Positions 36,281-46,274 of a stretch of 48,486 nt of DNA are shown here, one piece after another. Numbering within the stretch: the stretch's first letter is position 1; each line of letters starts with the position of its first letter. The translations under genes were made by a program, and so were the position numbers. Source of the stretch: Deltaproteobacteria bacterium (GTDB lineage: Bacteria; Desulfobacterota; UBA8473); assembly GCA_030623035.1 (NCBI GenBank), contig JAUXFK010000001.1:1-48486 (forward strand), given 5' to 3'. The notes below the pieces were generated by a model that was not told where the DNA came from, did no database searches, and worked only from the letters and a program-made list of their open reading frames with translations.

Positions 36281-37174
36281 ATGAAAAGGAATCCTGTATT
36301 AATCGGTCTTACAGTTGTTGCAATACTACTTGTCGTCTTTTTTGTGTCTATCTTCACCTTAACGGGCACAACAAAAGGGGGTTTCCCTTTTGTTATAGAC
36401 GAAAAGATTGCTGTAGTGAACATTGAGGGGCCTATTAAAGACTCAAGAACCGTCATAGATCAACTCTTGATGTTCAAAAAGGATAGTGAGGTTAAGGCAA
36501 TTGTGCTGAGGATCGATTCTCCAGGAGGTGGTATTGGCCCGACCCAGGAAATCTATGAAGAAGTAAAGAAGATTAGGAATAAAGGTAACAAAAGAGTATT
36601 TGCCTCTATGGGGTCAGTTGCGGCTTCAGGTGGCTATTATATTGCTTGCGCTGCGGAAAAGATCGTTGCAAATCCCGGGACGATTACTGGAAGCATTGGT
36701 GTAATCATTGAGTTTACAAATGTGGAAGAACTCATGAGAAAGATTGGACTCAAGAGTGTCTTGATTAAAAGCGGTGAGTTTAAGGATGTAATGTCTCCTT
36801 TTAAGACCATGACCGATGAAGAGAGAACTATGCTCCAGGGAGTTATCGATAGTGTTCACAATCAGTTTATAGAAGCGGTCACAAGTAGTAGGAAATTAAA
36901 AAGAGAAGATGTCGTTAAGATCGCAGATGGAAGGATATTTTCAGGAGAGCAGGCAAAGGAATTGGGCTTAATAGATTCTTTCGGTACATTACAGGATACC
37001 ATATCAATGGCAGCTGAATATACTGGTATTAAGGGTGAGCCAAAGGTGGTTTACCCGCCTCAAAAGGGGTTTTCATTACTTGATTTTCTTTTTAAGCATC
37101 TATCCGGTCGTTTTATTGATTATATCAATAATGAAACATATAGATTTAATTACCAGTTTGTGCCGAATCGATGA
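36281..37174 (+). CDS. sppA: Signal peptide peptidase SppA, 36K type
   Basis: 297 aa. N-terminal transmembrane segment, IDSPGGG, and the catalytic Ser context ASGGYY. Confidence 0.88.
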   Translation: MKRNPVLIGLTVVAILLVVFFVSIFTLTGTTKGGFPFVIDEKIAVVNIEGPIKDSRTVIDQLLMFKKDSEVKAIVLRIDSPGGGIGPTQEIYEEVKKIRNKGNKRVFASMGSVAASGGYYIACAAEKIVANPGTITGSIGVIIEFTNVEELMRKIGLKSVLIKSGEFKDVMSPFKTMTDEERTMLQGVIDSVHNQFIEAVTSSRKLKREDVVKIADGRIFSGEQAKELGLIDSFGTLQDTISMAAEYTGIKGEPKVVYPPQKGFSLLDFLFKHLSGRFIDYINNETYRFNYQFVPNR

Positions 37175-37274
37175 AGGCTGTTTTATAATGTATCCTTTTG
37201 GAAAAAAGCAGGTTTTTCAGATGGTGATTCTTTTTTTTATCTGATCAATCACATTACTATGAAAGGGAAGCTGT

Positions 37275-37553
37275 ATGACAAAGAGTGAACTGATTAAGTT
37301 GGTATCCGAAAAGTTAACGAACATCACCAAGAAAGATATGAAAGTTATAGTAGATATTATCTTTGATAGTATGATCGATGCTTTAAAAAGTGGTGAAAGG
37401 ATCGAGATTCGTGGTTTTGGAAGCTTTAAAATAAAGGACAGAGATGCAAGATGCGGGAGGAATCCCAAGACCGGAGATCTTGTAAGTATCCCCAACACGA
37501 AGACCCTTTATTTTAAAGCAGGTAAAGAGTTAAAAGAAAGGGTGGATTATTAA
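37275..37553 (+). CDS. ihfB: Integration host factor beta / HU-family DNA-binding protein
   Basis: 92 aa. RIEIRGFGSF and GRNPKTG arm. Position downstream of rpsA matches ihfB synteny. Confidence 0.85.
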   Translation: MTKSELIKLVSEKLTNITKKDMKVIVDIIFDSMIDALKSGERIEIRGFGSFKIKDRDARCGRNPKTGDLVSIPNTKTLYFKAGKELKERVDY

Positions 37554-37804
37554 AGAGATAATATAAAGAATCTATATTTTGGTTTTGGTCATTATGTTTA
37601 AAGAAGTAATTAAAGGCTTGCCGGTTTACGCTCTTATCGATTTCTTCATTAATCTATTTCCCCTCAAGAAGCATTCTACTTTTTCCCACACTTAATTTTT
37701 ATACCGTTTGACCTGGATAAAAAGATTTCCTTGAGAAAACCAGCCAGGAGATTTGATGCAGGGGATTTTTTTGAGGATGAACAATACAAATAGGATATGA
37801 AACA

Positions 37805-38755
37805 ATGACAAGGCTCGCATCTATTGATATAGGTACAAATACAATACGTCTTTTAATCGCTGATATAGAAACTAACGGCGAGTTTAAGAGAATATTACAA
37901 AGAATGGAAATCACACGGCTCGGGGAGAATTTCGTAAAAGGAAGGGGGATATTGCAGGATGCAATCAAAAGGAGTATTGAGGTTTTAGAGGAATATTCGA
38001 ATTTAATAAAAAAGTACAATGCAAAAAAGACATTCGCTGTTGCTACCAGCGTATTTAGAGAAGCAAACAATAGCGATGGATTTCTAAAGAGGGCTTATAA
38101 GAGCACTGGTTTGGAAATAAGGGTTATCTCAGGAATAGAAGAAGCCAGAATCGGTTTTCTCGGTATTGTTTCGGTCATGGGCAGTCTCATAGACAAGACT
38201 TTGGTTATAGATGTCGGAGGAGGAAGTACGGAATTTCTTATAGCAAAAGGGGAAAGCCCAATAACAGCTTTCAGTTTAGACCTCGGAGCTGTGTACCTGA
38301 CCGAAAGGTTTATACAGTCTGATCCTCCAACCCCATCAGAGCTGGAAAACATGAGGGATTTCATCGATAAAAGCTTATCTTCTATTGCTGAATACATACC
38401 TGAAACATGGATCGGTTCCTCCACTTTTAATTTGGTTGGAACTGCTGGAACAGTCACGACCCTGGCTGCATTGGATCAAGAGATGAGAACCTATGATCCA
38501 GACAGAATTAATGGTTATCTTTTAACCAGGGAATCGATAAATCGTATATACAACATGCTAGTAAGGCTTCCCCTTAAAAAACGACGTATTCTCAACGGGT
38601 TAGAAAGAGGAAGGGAGGATATAATCATAGCAGGCACGGTTATTGTCCTGGGAGTGATGGATACCTTTAGGTTTGATGAACTAAAGGTCAGTGATGCAGG
38701 CCTGCTAGAGGGAATCATCATAGATGCCTATGAAAAAGCTGAAGGGTCGCTATGA
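37805..38755 (+). CDS. Ppx/GppA-family phosphatase (short form, no HD domain)
   Basis: 316 aa. ASIDIGTNTIRLL and DVGGGSTE ASKHA motifs. Confidence 0.85.
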   Translation: MTRLASIDIGTNTIRLLIADIETNGEFKRILQRMEITRLGENFVKGRGILQDAIKRSIEVLEEYSNLIKKYNAKKTFAVATSVFREANNSDGFLKRAYKSTGLEIRVISGIEEARIGFLGIVSVMGSLIDKTLVIDVGGGSTEFLIAKGESPITAFSLDLGAVYLTERFIQSDPPTPSELENMRDFIDKSLSSIAEYIPETWIGSSTFNLVGTAGTVTTLAALDQEMRTYDPDRINGYLLTRESINRIYNMLVRLPLKKRRILNGLERGREDIIIAGTVIVLGVMDTFRFDELKVSDAGLLEGIIIDAYEKAEGSL

Positions 38756-38853
38756 GATTCGGCTGCACCCATGACATCCCCTTTGTTTATCTATTGTAAA
38801 TACTCAGGCTACATTGACTCTGAAGACTGTCATGGGCTCAACCGGGGCTTCTT

Positions 38854-39615
38854 TTATTTTTTCTTCCTCTGTGCGAATGTCTTCATCCTCTGTTCCATAT
38901 CAGGGTATGTGAAAGTAGCGGCAAGTTCTTTTTCCAACTTGAGACCGGATGCCAGGTCAACCTCCATCCCTTTATTTATACATTCCTTCAAAAGGCCAAT
39001 CGCGGGAAGGCTATTGTCCAGCATCTTCTGTGCCATCTCCAGAGCTGTCTCATTAAGCTTTTCCGGCGTAACCACCTTATTGACCAGACCGATGCGTTCT
39101 GCCTCTTTTGCACTGATCAAATCGCAGGTAAAAAATATCTCTTTGGCCTTCATCATCCCAACTATACGGGGTAATCGCTGTGTACCTCCCCCGTTCATTA
39201 CCAGTCCGAGGCTGGCATGGGTATCGCCCAGAAGAGCATTCTCAGAGGCGACTATCAGATCACAGGTTAGTACCAGCTCAAAGGCACCGGCAATGCAATG
39301 GCCGTTAACTGCCGCAATTATAGGTTTATTTATCGTTTCGATTATTTCAAAGATATCCTCCAGATTTGCATCTGAACTCTCTTTTCCCCTCTTGCGAAGT
39401 TCTGCTAAAAACTTGAAATCTGCCCCTGCTGAAAAGGCCTTACCTGCACCTGTAATAATTCCCACTCCTATCGTTTTATCTTCCTTTATCTCATTGAAGG
39501 CAGAAGCGATTTCTGAGAAGGTGGGGCCATCAAGTGCATTCATCACTTGTGGCCGATTGATGGTTATCTTTGCAATTCCATCCTTGTTTTCAAAGATTAT
39601 GTTTTTATAATCCAT
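38854..39615 (-). CDS. Enoyl-CoA hydratase/isomerase (crotonase) family
   Basis: 253 aa. FSAGADF oxyanion motif and AAVNGHCIAGAFEL. Confidence 0.88.
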   Translation of the reverse strand: MDYKNIIFENKDGIAKITINRPQVMNALDGPTFSEIASAFNEIKEDKTIGVGIITGAGKAFSAGADFKFLAELRKRGKESSDANLEDIFEIIETINKPIIAAVNGHCIAGAFELVLTCDLIVASENALLGDTHASLGLVMNGGGTQRLPRIVGMMKAKEIFFTCDLISAKEAERIGLVNKVVTPEKLNETALEMAQKMLDNSLPAIGLLKECINKGMEVDLASGLKLEKELAATFTYPDMEQRMKTFAQRKKK

Positions 39616-39811
39616 TTTTCATCTCCTTTGATGATTATAAAGTTAACTCTAAAGAATAGACTCCCTATTTATGGTAGGTTACAGATTTGACAGTTAGATA
39701 GGGCATAGATTTTCTTGGAATTGGCCATTGATCTTTTTCTTTTATTTTATTAAATCCTTTAATTTCAATTGGTTAGTATTCAGAGATATAGTTATAATCA
39801 TTTCTCCTTTT

Positions 39812-39881
39812 GTAACTGTTTAACCAAATAATGATTTGGATGGTCTTTGACGAGCATTTTTGAGTTATTTTGTTAAAGATG
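39812..39881 (+). mobile_element. MITE type A, left-end fragment
   Basis: GTAACTGTTTAACCAAATAATGATTTGGATGGTCTTTGACGAGCATTTTTGAGTTATTTTGTTAAAGAT is collinear with the first ~70 nt of 29605..29753. The right terminus is absent. Confidence 0.6.
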
Positions 39882-39984
39882 TCTTTCCCTGTTTGTAGAC
39901 ATCTGTTGAATTCGTTGGCGATATGTATGCTTCATCCAAGGCGACATAGAGCTTGCCTCGCCTGAACGAGAGCGATAGCGGGAG

Positions 39985-40081
39985 AAGGCCTGGACTTCCG
40001 TGCAAGACCGCCTGGCGTAGCATTCAGTACGATCGTGCTGGAGCAGGTGTTAACCCTGGAACTTCGATCCTGATTAGTTAC
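39985..40081 (+). mobile_element. MITE type C, right-hand partial copy
   Basis: Shares CTGGACTTCCGTGCAAGAC (19/19), GTTAACCCTGGAACT and the terminus CCTGATTAGTTAC with 10087..10238. No TSD or left TIR is present. Confidence 0.55.
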
Positions 40082-40113
40082 AAATATCCAAGAGACCTTG
40101 CCGTTTTAGGTTA

Positions 40114-41307
40114 CTATGATACAGGAAAATTTTTGTTATAACAGGCCACAGGCATGTCGTTTGCGACAGCCGCCAAACATTTATTGCAGGAAACGCAGGA
40201 TACGGCTTCAGTTTTGCCCTCTTTGATCTCTTTTACCAGTAGAGGTTGTCTTATGAACGGACGACTCATAGAGATAAAATCCGCATATCCTTTCTCAAGC
40301 ACCTCCTCCATATGGGAAACCCTTCGCAATCCACCAACAACGAATAAAGGGACTTCTCCCAATACGGGTTTAATCATCTTCGCAGCCTCGATATTGTATC
40401 CCTCCTGAAGGTCAAACTTCCCCATCATCCTTTTCAGCATGATTCTTGCCAGATGCTTCTTCCACCAGGGCAAGTTCAACACCAACTCTTTTACAGGGAC
40501 ATCACCCCGCATGACATTGAATACAGAGTAGCTCAGCACACCGCAGCTCACCTCTATTCCGTTTATTCCTAAAGACTTTAACCTCTTTGCATATTCTTTG
40601 GCCAAATCAGGGGTAATCCCTTTCTTTGGAGTATAATCTTGCGTGTTGAGCTTTATAAGAATGGGCATGCCTTTGGGTATTTTTTTTCTGATCTCCAGGA
40701 TGACTTCTTTTAAAAAGAGAAATCGATTTTCATCTGATCCTCCCCACGCATCGTTCCTATGGTTGAAGAAGGGTGAGAGAAACTGGTTGATCAGATAACC
40801 ATGGGCGCCGTGTAGTTGAACCCCGTCTGCACCTGCTAGAGCAGCTCGCTTGGCTGCACTTCCGAAGGATTCGATTATCTCCTGGATATCCCCTTCACTC
40901 ATTTCCCTGGGTTTTACGAGTAACATAGGGTCTCTGCCCTTCTTTGAGGGTGCCATGGGAGTTTGACCAATGATTTCTTTGGTTGTCTGCCTGCCCGAAT
41001 GTACAAGCTGAAATACGATCTTGCCTCCATATTGATGAACCGTGTTTACCAGTTTTTGTAACCCATCTATCATCTCATCGCTGTGTATCCCTGTCTGATA
41101 TTTTGCTGCACGGCCCAACGGATGGACGTAAAGGTATCCTGGAATAATCAGACCTATCTCTCCTTTGGCCAGCCTCTCGTACCTTCTGATCATACGATCT
41201 GTTACCAAACCGGTTTCACCTGCCATACACTCGTGTGTTGCAGAATGAACGAATCGATTGTTTATCTGTAAATCTCCGATCCTCATTGGCGTAAAGAGAA
41301 GGGACAC
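40114..41307 (-). CDS. Old-Yellow-Enzyme-family NADH:flavin oxidoreductase (2,4-dienoyl-CoA-reductase-like N-terminal module) with a C-terminal Cys cluster
   Basis: 397 aa. GTG start after AAGGAGG. OYE TIM-barrel motifs (HSATHE, HGAHGYLINQFLSP). C-terminal CVSCNKC...C. Confidence 0.85.
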   Translation of the reverse strand: MSLLFTPMRIGDLQINNRFVHSATHECMAGETGLVTDRMIRRYERLAKGEIGLIIPGYLYVHPLGRAAKYQTGIHSDEMIDGLQKLVNTVHQYGGKIVFQLVHSGRQTTKEIIGQTPMAPSKKGRDPMLLVKPREMSEGDIQEIIESFGSAAKRAALAGADGVQLHGAHGYLINQFLSPFFNHRNDAWGGSDENRFLFLKEVILEIRKKIPKGMPILIKLNTQDYTPKKGITPDLAKEYAKRLKSLGINGIEVSCGVLSYSVFNVMRGDVPVKELVLNLPWWKKHLARIMLKRMMGKFDLQEGYNIEAAKMIKPVLGEVPLFVVGGLRRVSHMEEVLEKGYADFISMSRPFIRQPLLVKEIKEGKTEAVSCVSCNKCLAAVANDMPVACYNKNFPVS

Positions 41308-41378
41308 ATTACACCTCCTTTCTTTTTTACATCATCGGGTTATCGCCTCTTTTTCCCTTCGGTTATTCTTTCCTCTTT

Positions 41379-42185
41379 TTAATCCTTCCTTACATCAAGG
41401 GAGTCCCTCAACCCGTCTCCAAGAAAGTTGAATCCCAGAACGACGATCATAATAGCCAATCCCGGGAATGTGGTCATATGAGGGGCAACCAGGAGAAACT
41501 GTCTTCCCTCATTCAGCATACTTCCCCAGCTTGGTGTTGGAGGCTGGGTTCCAAGTCCCAGGAAGCTTAAACTCGCCTCAGCCAATATAACACTTGCTAT
41601 CCCAAAGGTAGCTTCAACAATCAAAGGAGAAAGGATATTTGGCAGGATATGGTGCGTTATTATCCTGACCGGATTGGCCCCCAAGGCCCTGGCTGCAACA
41701 ACATATTCCCGTTCTTTTACGGTAAGTATCTGGCCTCTTACAATTCTGGCATAACCTACCCATCCTGTTATACAGAGGGCCAATACGATATTATTGAGAC
41801 TTGGGCCAAGAACGGCAGTCATTGCAATGGCTAAAAGAATGCCGGGGAATGCCAGGAGGATATCAACAATCCTCATAAATAGCTCATCTATCCAGCCGGG
41901 ATTATATCCCGCAATACAACCGATAAGCGTACCCAATAAAAGGGATATTCCGATTACAGAAATACCAACGAAGATAGAGATTCTAGAACCATAGATTATC
42001 CTGCTCAGGTTATCCCTTCCCAGTCCATCCTGTCCCAAAAGGTGTTGCTTACTGGGGGGGGTTAAGCCGCCTTCCAGGCTCTGTTCGCATGGGTCAAAAG
42101 GGGCTATATACGAAGCGAAAATAGCCACGAAAATCAGTGTACCAATAATACATGCGCCAAAAACGGCAAGTCTGTTTTGAAACAT
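41379..42185 (-). CDS. ABC transporter permease (DppC/OppC-like)
   Basis: 268 aa. BPD-transporter EAA loop (AARALGANPVRII). Confidence 0.88.
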   Translation of the reverse strand: MFQNRLAVFGACIIGTLIFVAIFASYIAPFDPCEQSLEGGLTPPSKQHLLGQDGLGRDNLSRIIYGSRISIFVGISVIGISLLLGTLIGCIAGYNPGWIDELFMRIVDILLAFPGILLAIAMTAVLGPSLNNIVLALCITGWVGYARIVRGQILTVKEREYVVAARALGANPVRIITHHILPNILSPLIVEATFGIASVILAEASLSFLGLGTQPPTPSWGSMLNEGRQFLLVAPHMTTFPGLAIMIVVLGFNFLGDGLRDSLDVRKD

Positions 42186-42202
42186 TCCTTTTAAGTCTTC
42201 TT

Positions 42203-43123
42203 TTATCTAAGTTTAATCCTTGGGTCGATATACGAATATGCAATATCTGTTATGAGATTTATCAACACATAGCTTATGGATATGGCAAGTACACACCCCT
42301 GTACCAGCGGATAATCCCTGGTGTTTATAGCCTGGATTAGTAATCTTCCTATCCCTGGCCAGGAGAATATGGTCTCTGTAATTATTGCCCCTGCCAACAG
42401 TGCACCAAACTGTAATCCAACGACTGTGATTACAGGAACGAGTGCGTTTTTTAAGGCATGCCTGAAGATAACCCTTAACTCAGATAAGCCCTTGGCCCTG
42501 GCAGTAACGATATACTCCTCGTTGATTACTTCCAGCATACTTGATCTGACCATCCTGGAGAGTATGGCAGACATCGCTGTTCCAAGTGTTATCGCAGGCA
42601 AAACAATACTTCGCAGTCCTTCATCGCCCGATATAGGAAACCAGCCCAGGTTTACGCAGAACAAAATCATCAGCAGTGGCCCTAACCAGAAATTGGGCAT
42701 AGATACCCCTAAGAGTGCAAAGAACATTGAACAATTGTCCATAAAGGAATACTGTTTTACCGCAGAATAAATCCCAATTGGTAAAGATATGAGTAAGGCC
42801 AGTACCATCGCTGCAATGGTAAGTTTTATGGTTTCAGGATACCTCTTTAGTATCAAATGGATAACCGGCTTTTTATTATAGAGCGATTCCCCAAGATCAC
42901 CTTTTATCGCACCTTTGATAAAAAGCATGTATTGAACGGCTAAAGGCTCATCAAGTCGGAGGGACTCTCTTAATTTTTCTTTATCTATAGCCCGGGCGTT
43001 TTCTCCAAGCATCAAATCAACAGGATCTCCAGGGATAAGATGGATAAGAAGAAAGACAAAAGTGAGAACTCCAAATACGACGGGAAAGAGAAGTAACATG
43101 CGTTTTATGATAAAATCTTTCAT
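42203..43123 (-). CDS. ABC transporter permease (DppB/OppB-like)
   Basis: 306 aa. N-terminal IIKRMLLLFPV and EAA loop TARAKGLSELRV. Confidence 0.88.
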   Translation of the reverse strand: MKDFIIKRMLLLFPVVFGVLTFVFLLIHLIPGDPVDLMLGENARAIDKEKLRESLRLDEPLAVQYMLFIKGAIKGDLGESLYNKKPVIHLILKRYPETIKLTIAAMVLALLISLPIGIYSAVKQYSFMDNCSMFFALLGVSMPNFWLGPLLMILFCVNLGWFPISGDEGLRSIVLPAITLGTAMSAILSRMVRSSMLEVINEEYIVTARAKGLSELRVIFRHALKNALVPVITVVGLQFGALLAGAIITETIFSWPGIGRLLIQAINTRDYPLVQGCVLAISISYVLINLITDIAYSYIDPRIKLR

Positions 43124-43133
43124 TACAAAACCA

Positions 43134-44723
43134 TTAATCGTTTTCTATCCAGACATCTTTGAGGGAGAAAAAATCGCCAGCCGGATATACCACATAGCCA
43201 TGGATAGATTTATTCATAACCGCTACATTTGTGCTATACCACAGGCTCACATATGGAATGTCCAAAGCCAGGATTTTTTGAATCTCACTGTAAATATTCT
43301 TCCTTCGGTTCATATCGAGCGTTATTCTGCCTTCTTCTATAAGCATGTTGACCCTTTTATTGATATACCTTCCACGGTTTGCACCTTGAGGAGGGATGCT
43401 GGAAGAATGGAATATGTAGTATAATACATCCGGGTCTGTAATACCGACCCATGAGAGGGTATAGAGTTGAAAATTTCCTGACTTTATATCTGAATAGAAA
43501 GTCCCCCATTCATAACTCTTAATGCTTATTTTAATTCCAACTTCTTTTAGTTGCTGTTGAATAATCTCTGCGATCCTCTTTCTAAGCTGATCCGTAGAAG
43601 TCTTAAATGTTAACTCAAACCGCATCTGAGGGCCATTACCATCTGTGTCTATTAACCCTGCCTGATCCAGGAGATTCCGTGCTTTTTCCTTATTATACTC
43701 GAAAACATTCACATTCTCCTCATAGGCCCAGTTATATGGAGAGAGAATTCCGCTCGCAGGGGTGGCCAATCCTTTTAATATATACCTTATAATTGCCTTT
43801 CTATCAATAGCATAGGCAATGGCCTCTCTAACCCTTTTATCTTTCAAGATGGCGTCTTTTAGGTTAAATCCAATGTACGAATACGTCGTTCCTGGTCTTT
43901 TGACGATCTTCAGGGAATCCTTTTTCTCTAAAAAAGGAAATAGATCAGGAGGAATATCGTTCTGCAGTAGATGAACATTTCCCTGATTTAATTCCAACAG
44001 TCTTACTGTACTATCTGGTATGATCTTAAAAATTATCCGCTCCAACTTCGGTCTGCCATCAAAATAATCCGCATTGGCATTAAGTACTATCCTCTCATCA
44101 TGCAGAAACTCTGCCAGTTTAAAAGGGCCGGTCCCTACCGGAGTAATATTAAAGGAATCCTCAGATTTTTGCATATCATCCTTTGGGACAATCCCAATCA
44201 CAGCCAGATTGATCAGGAAAGGGGCAAATGGCTCTTTCAAAATGAACTTAACAGTGTACTTATCCAGGATTACAATTGAATCGATCTTTTCAAAAGCGCC
44301 AAAGTGAGGGGATTTAAAAGCAGGATTCAGAATACAATCAAATGTATATTTAACGTCTTTGGAAGTAAGCTCTTTACCATCATGGAATTGAATCCCCTCT
44401 TTAAGATGAAATACATATGTAGTGTCGTTTGGGTTGGCAAAGCGTTTAATAATATTCGGTACAGGGTGAAACCGGGAATCCAGTTCAATTAAGGTGTTAT
44501 ATAATAATTGGGCTAAACGGTAGGAATTTGCATCCGTAGCATATCTTGGATCAAGATTGGTTGGGCTGCTCTCAAGACCTATCACGATTGTGTTACCTGT
44601 CGGTCTTGATTCCTTTATGCAGGCCATAAGAGTTATTGAAAGGAAGGTAAAGATAAAAAACTTGAAAATGCTTATCTTCCGCTTCGTCAAGATAGGTGCC
44701 CCAAAAATCCTGCTTAGGTTCAC
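43134..44723 (-). CDS. ABC transporter substrate-binding protein, family 5 (peptide/nickel type), probable lipoprotein
   Basis: 529 aa. Lipobox-like ITLMAC. Family-5 SBP length and motifs. Confidence 0.88.
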   Translation of the reverse strand: MNLSRIFGAPILTKRKISIFKFFIFTFLSITLMACIKESRPTGNTIVIGLESSPTNLDPRYATDANSYRLAQLLYNTLIELDSRFHPVPNIIKRFANPNDTTYVFHLKEGIQFHDGKELTSKDVKYTFDCILNPAFKSPHFGAFEKIDSIVILDKYTVKFILKEPFAPFLINLAVIGIVPKDDMQKSEDSFNITPVGTGPFKLAEFLHDERIVLNANADYFDGRPKLERIIFKIIPDSTVRLLELNQGNVHLLQNDIPPDLFPFLEKKDSLKIVKRPGTTYSYIGFNLKDAILKDKRVREAIAYAIDRKAIIRYILKGLATPASGILSPYNWAYEENVNVFEYNKEKARNLLDQAGLIDTDGNGPQMRFELTFKTSTDQLRKRIAEIIQQQLKEVGIKISIKSYEWGTFYSDIKSGNFQLYTLSWVGITDPDVLYYIFHSSSIPPQGANRGRYINKRVNMLIEEGRITLDMNRRKNIYSEIQKILALDIPYVSLWYSTNVAVMNKSIHGYVVYPAGDFFSLKDVWIEND

Positions 44724-44746
44724 TTAAAAGGAAGTTTTGTTAAAGG

Positions 44747-45178
44747 TCAAGGAAGGTGGAGCCCCGATGCCTTCTTTATTACTTCCAGTGTAATCTCAGG
44801 CAGATCATAGCCTGCCAACTCTGAGAACATGACAGCCCGGGCATCAAGGACATCGGAGTTTGACCTTAATCTTCCGGATTTATATTTACAAAGAAAGTCT
44901 ACAAGAACGTAGTGGTATTTTACTCGTTTGTCCTCACTTTTGATTATTGGGTCTACGACTTTTACGATTTGGAGGACATCTACATCGATATTCGTCTCTT
45001 CGTAGATCTCCCTTTTGACTGCTTCCTCCATGTTTTCGCCTAATTTCACTGCACCACCAGGGATACCCCATTTTCCATATCCTGGTTCTTTTCCTCTCTT
45101 CACCAATACGACCTTATCATCCCAAAAGACGACACCACCTACGCCCAGTATCGGGTAATCAGGGTATTCTCTTCTCAT
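44747..45178 (-). CDS. NUDIX hydrolase
   Basis: Nudix box GGAVKLGENMEEAVKREIYEETN. Confidence 0.85.
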   Translation of the reverse strand: MRREYPDYPILGVGGVVFWDDKVVLVKRGKEPGYGKWGIPGGAVKLGENMEEAVKREIYEETNIDVDVLQIVKVVDPIIKSEDKRVKYHYVLVDFLCKYKSGRLRSNSDVLDARAVMFSELAGYDLPEITLEVIKKASGLHLP

Positions 45179-45213
45179 AGCAGCCCTTCTTTAGTTTACA
45201 TATAGATATATTT

Positions 45214-45285
45214 GTAACAGTTTAGCTTTTTGAAATTTTAGTCACTAAAGCGGCAATCACATGATAACCCATGCAAAACTCGCGA
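45214..45285 (+). mobile_element. MITE type B, left-end fragment
   Basis: GTAACAGTTTAGCTTTTTGAAA...AAAGCGGCAATCA...AAAACTCGC is collinear with the 25615-side ~72 nt of the long copy. No right terminus was found. Confidence 0.55.
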
Positions 45286-45414
45286 CAAAAAATTCTTTGA
45301 TCGGTCATCAAAATGTTTTTTGTAAATAAATCCTGGCCCGTTGTTTCTCAGGATAAATTCATCGGAAGGTCTGCGATTTCAATTGTTTGAGGTTCTAACG
45401 TTCTTTGCCATATA

Positions 45415-46065
45415 TTAATCAGAGCCAGTATAAATAACAGCAAGGATAAAGGTCGGTTCATTTCTGTTTGAGGTTACCAAATGGGGGATTTTTGAGAGAT
45501 AATAGATCGTATCCCCTGTAGTTAAGATGTCTACTTTTTCTCCCAGTCTTACCTTCATTTCTCCGTCTAAAACAAAGAGAAACTCTTCCCCATCATGTGT
45601 TGACAGTTTTTGGTCGGGGGTTTCTGGTTCTAGCTTTACAATAAAGGATTCCATGTGTCTGTCCTTTACATCGGAGGCAAGAGATATATAAGTATAATTA
45701 TGCCCTTCTTGCGATGTTGATCGCGAGATTACCTTCCTTTCATCATGCCGCACTATAGAGCAAGTTCTTTCTCCTTCTTCTGCTGTGAGTGTTCCAAAGA
45801 CTGTTTTTAAGGACTTGGAAAGTTTTATTATCGTTCCGATCTGTGGGGAAACGGTTTGGTCTTCTATTTGGGATAGCAACTCAACGGGGAAACCCGTCTT
45901 CGTAGAAAGTTCTTCAAGGGATATCCCCTTTGTTTCTCTTATCCTCTTAATCCTCTCTCCAGCAGATTCAACGATATCCGGGCTTGTATAATCCTCGAAG
46001 TGTTCTGTTAACTCTTTTAAAAAGTGTTGGTATCTTTTGCTCTCTTCTCCTGGCATGGAAATCAA
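45415..46065 (-). CDS. XRE-family HTH plus cupin-domain transcriptional regulator
   Basis: 216 aa. HTH (IKRIRETKGISLEELSTKTG) and a C-terminal cupin (HDGEEFLFVLDGEM). Confidence 0.85.
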   Translation of the reverse strand: MISMPGEESKRYQHFLKELTEHFEDYTSPDIVESAGERIKRIRETKGISLEELSTKTGFPVELLSQIEDQTVSPQIGTIIKLSKSLKTVFGTLTAEEGERTCSIVRHDERKVISRSTSQEGHNYTYISLASDVKDRHMESFIVKLEPETPDQKLSTHDGEEFLFVLDGEMKVRLGEKVDILTTGDTIYYLSKIPHLVTSNRNEPTFILAVIYTGSD

Positions 46066-46086
46066 TCTCCTAAAAGTTTATAATAC

Positions 46087-46160
46087 GTAACAGTTTAGCT
46101 TTTTTAAATTTTAGTTGAAGCTGTTTTGATGCCGTCTATTTCATAAATCTAAAATGATAC
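46087..46160 (+). mobile_element. MITE type B, short derivative (74 bp) with a perfect 8-bp TSD
   Basis: GTAACAGTTTAGCTTTTTTAAA...CTAAAATGATAC. TATAATAC is present at 46079..46086 and 46161..46168. Confidence 0.85.
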
Positions 46161-46184
46161 TATAATACGAATCATCTGTATCTT

Positions 46185-46274
46185 GTAACTGTTTAGCCAG
46201 ATAATGACTTGGATAGTCAAAGACAATTCAAATAATAAAATCTTGAAAGCTTCTTAAGATGGCTAAACAATTAC
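46185..46274 (+). mobile_element. MITE type A (90 bp, internally deleted) with a 7/8 TSD
   Basis: GTAACTGTTTAGCC...GGCTAAACAATTAC (13/14 TIR). Flanks are TGTATCTT and TGTATATT. Confidence 0.8.

Noticed and set aside
34719-36456. Several 67-117-aa minus-strand ORFs opposite rpsA/sppA, and similar antisense ORFs opposite nrdD, aroA, the amidohydrolase and the ABC genes
   Set aside because: All lie fully within strongly supported genes on the other strand and have skewed, low-complexity composition. They are typical shadow ORFs.
38771-39610. 279-aa plus-strand ORF
   Set aside because: It is an antisense shadow of the well-supported crotonase gene (38854..39615, minus strand). The composition is low-complexity and S/F/I/A-rich, and there are no motifs.
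45206-45417. Possible 7/8 TSD (ATATATTT / ATATATTA) for a ~200-bp element starting at 45214
   Set aside because: There is no GTTAC-type right terminus next to the second 8-mer, and it overlaps the regulator's stop region. This is probably a coincidence in AT-rich DNA. I called only the left-end fragment.
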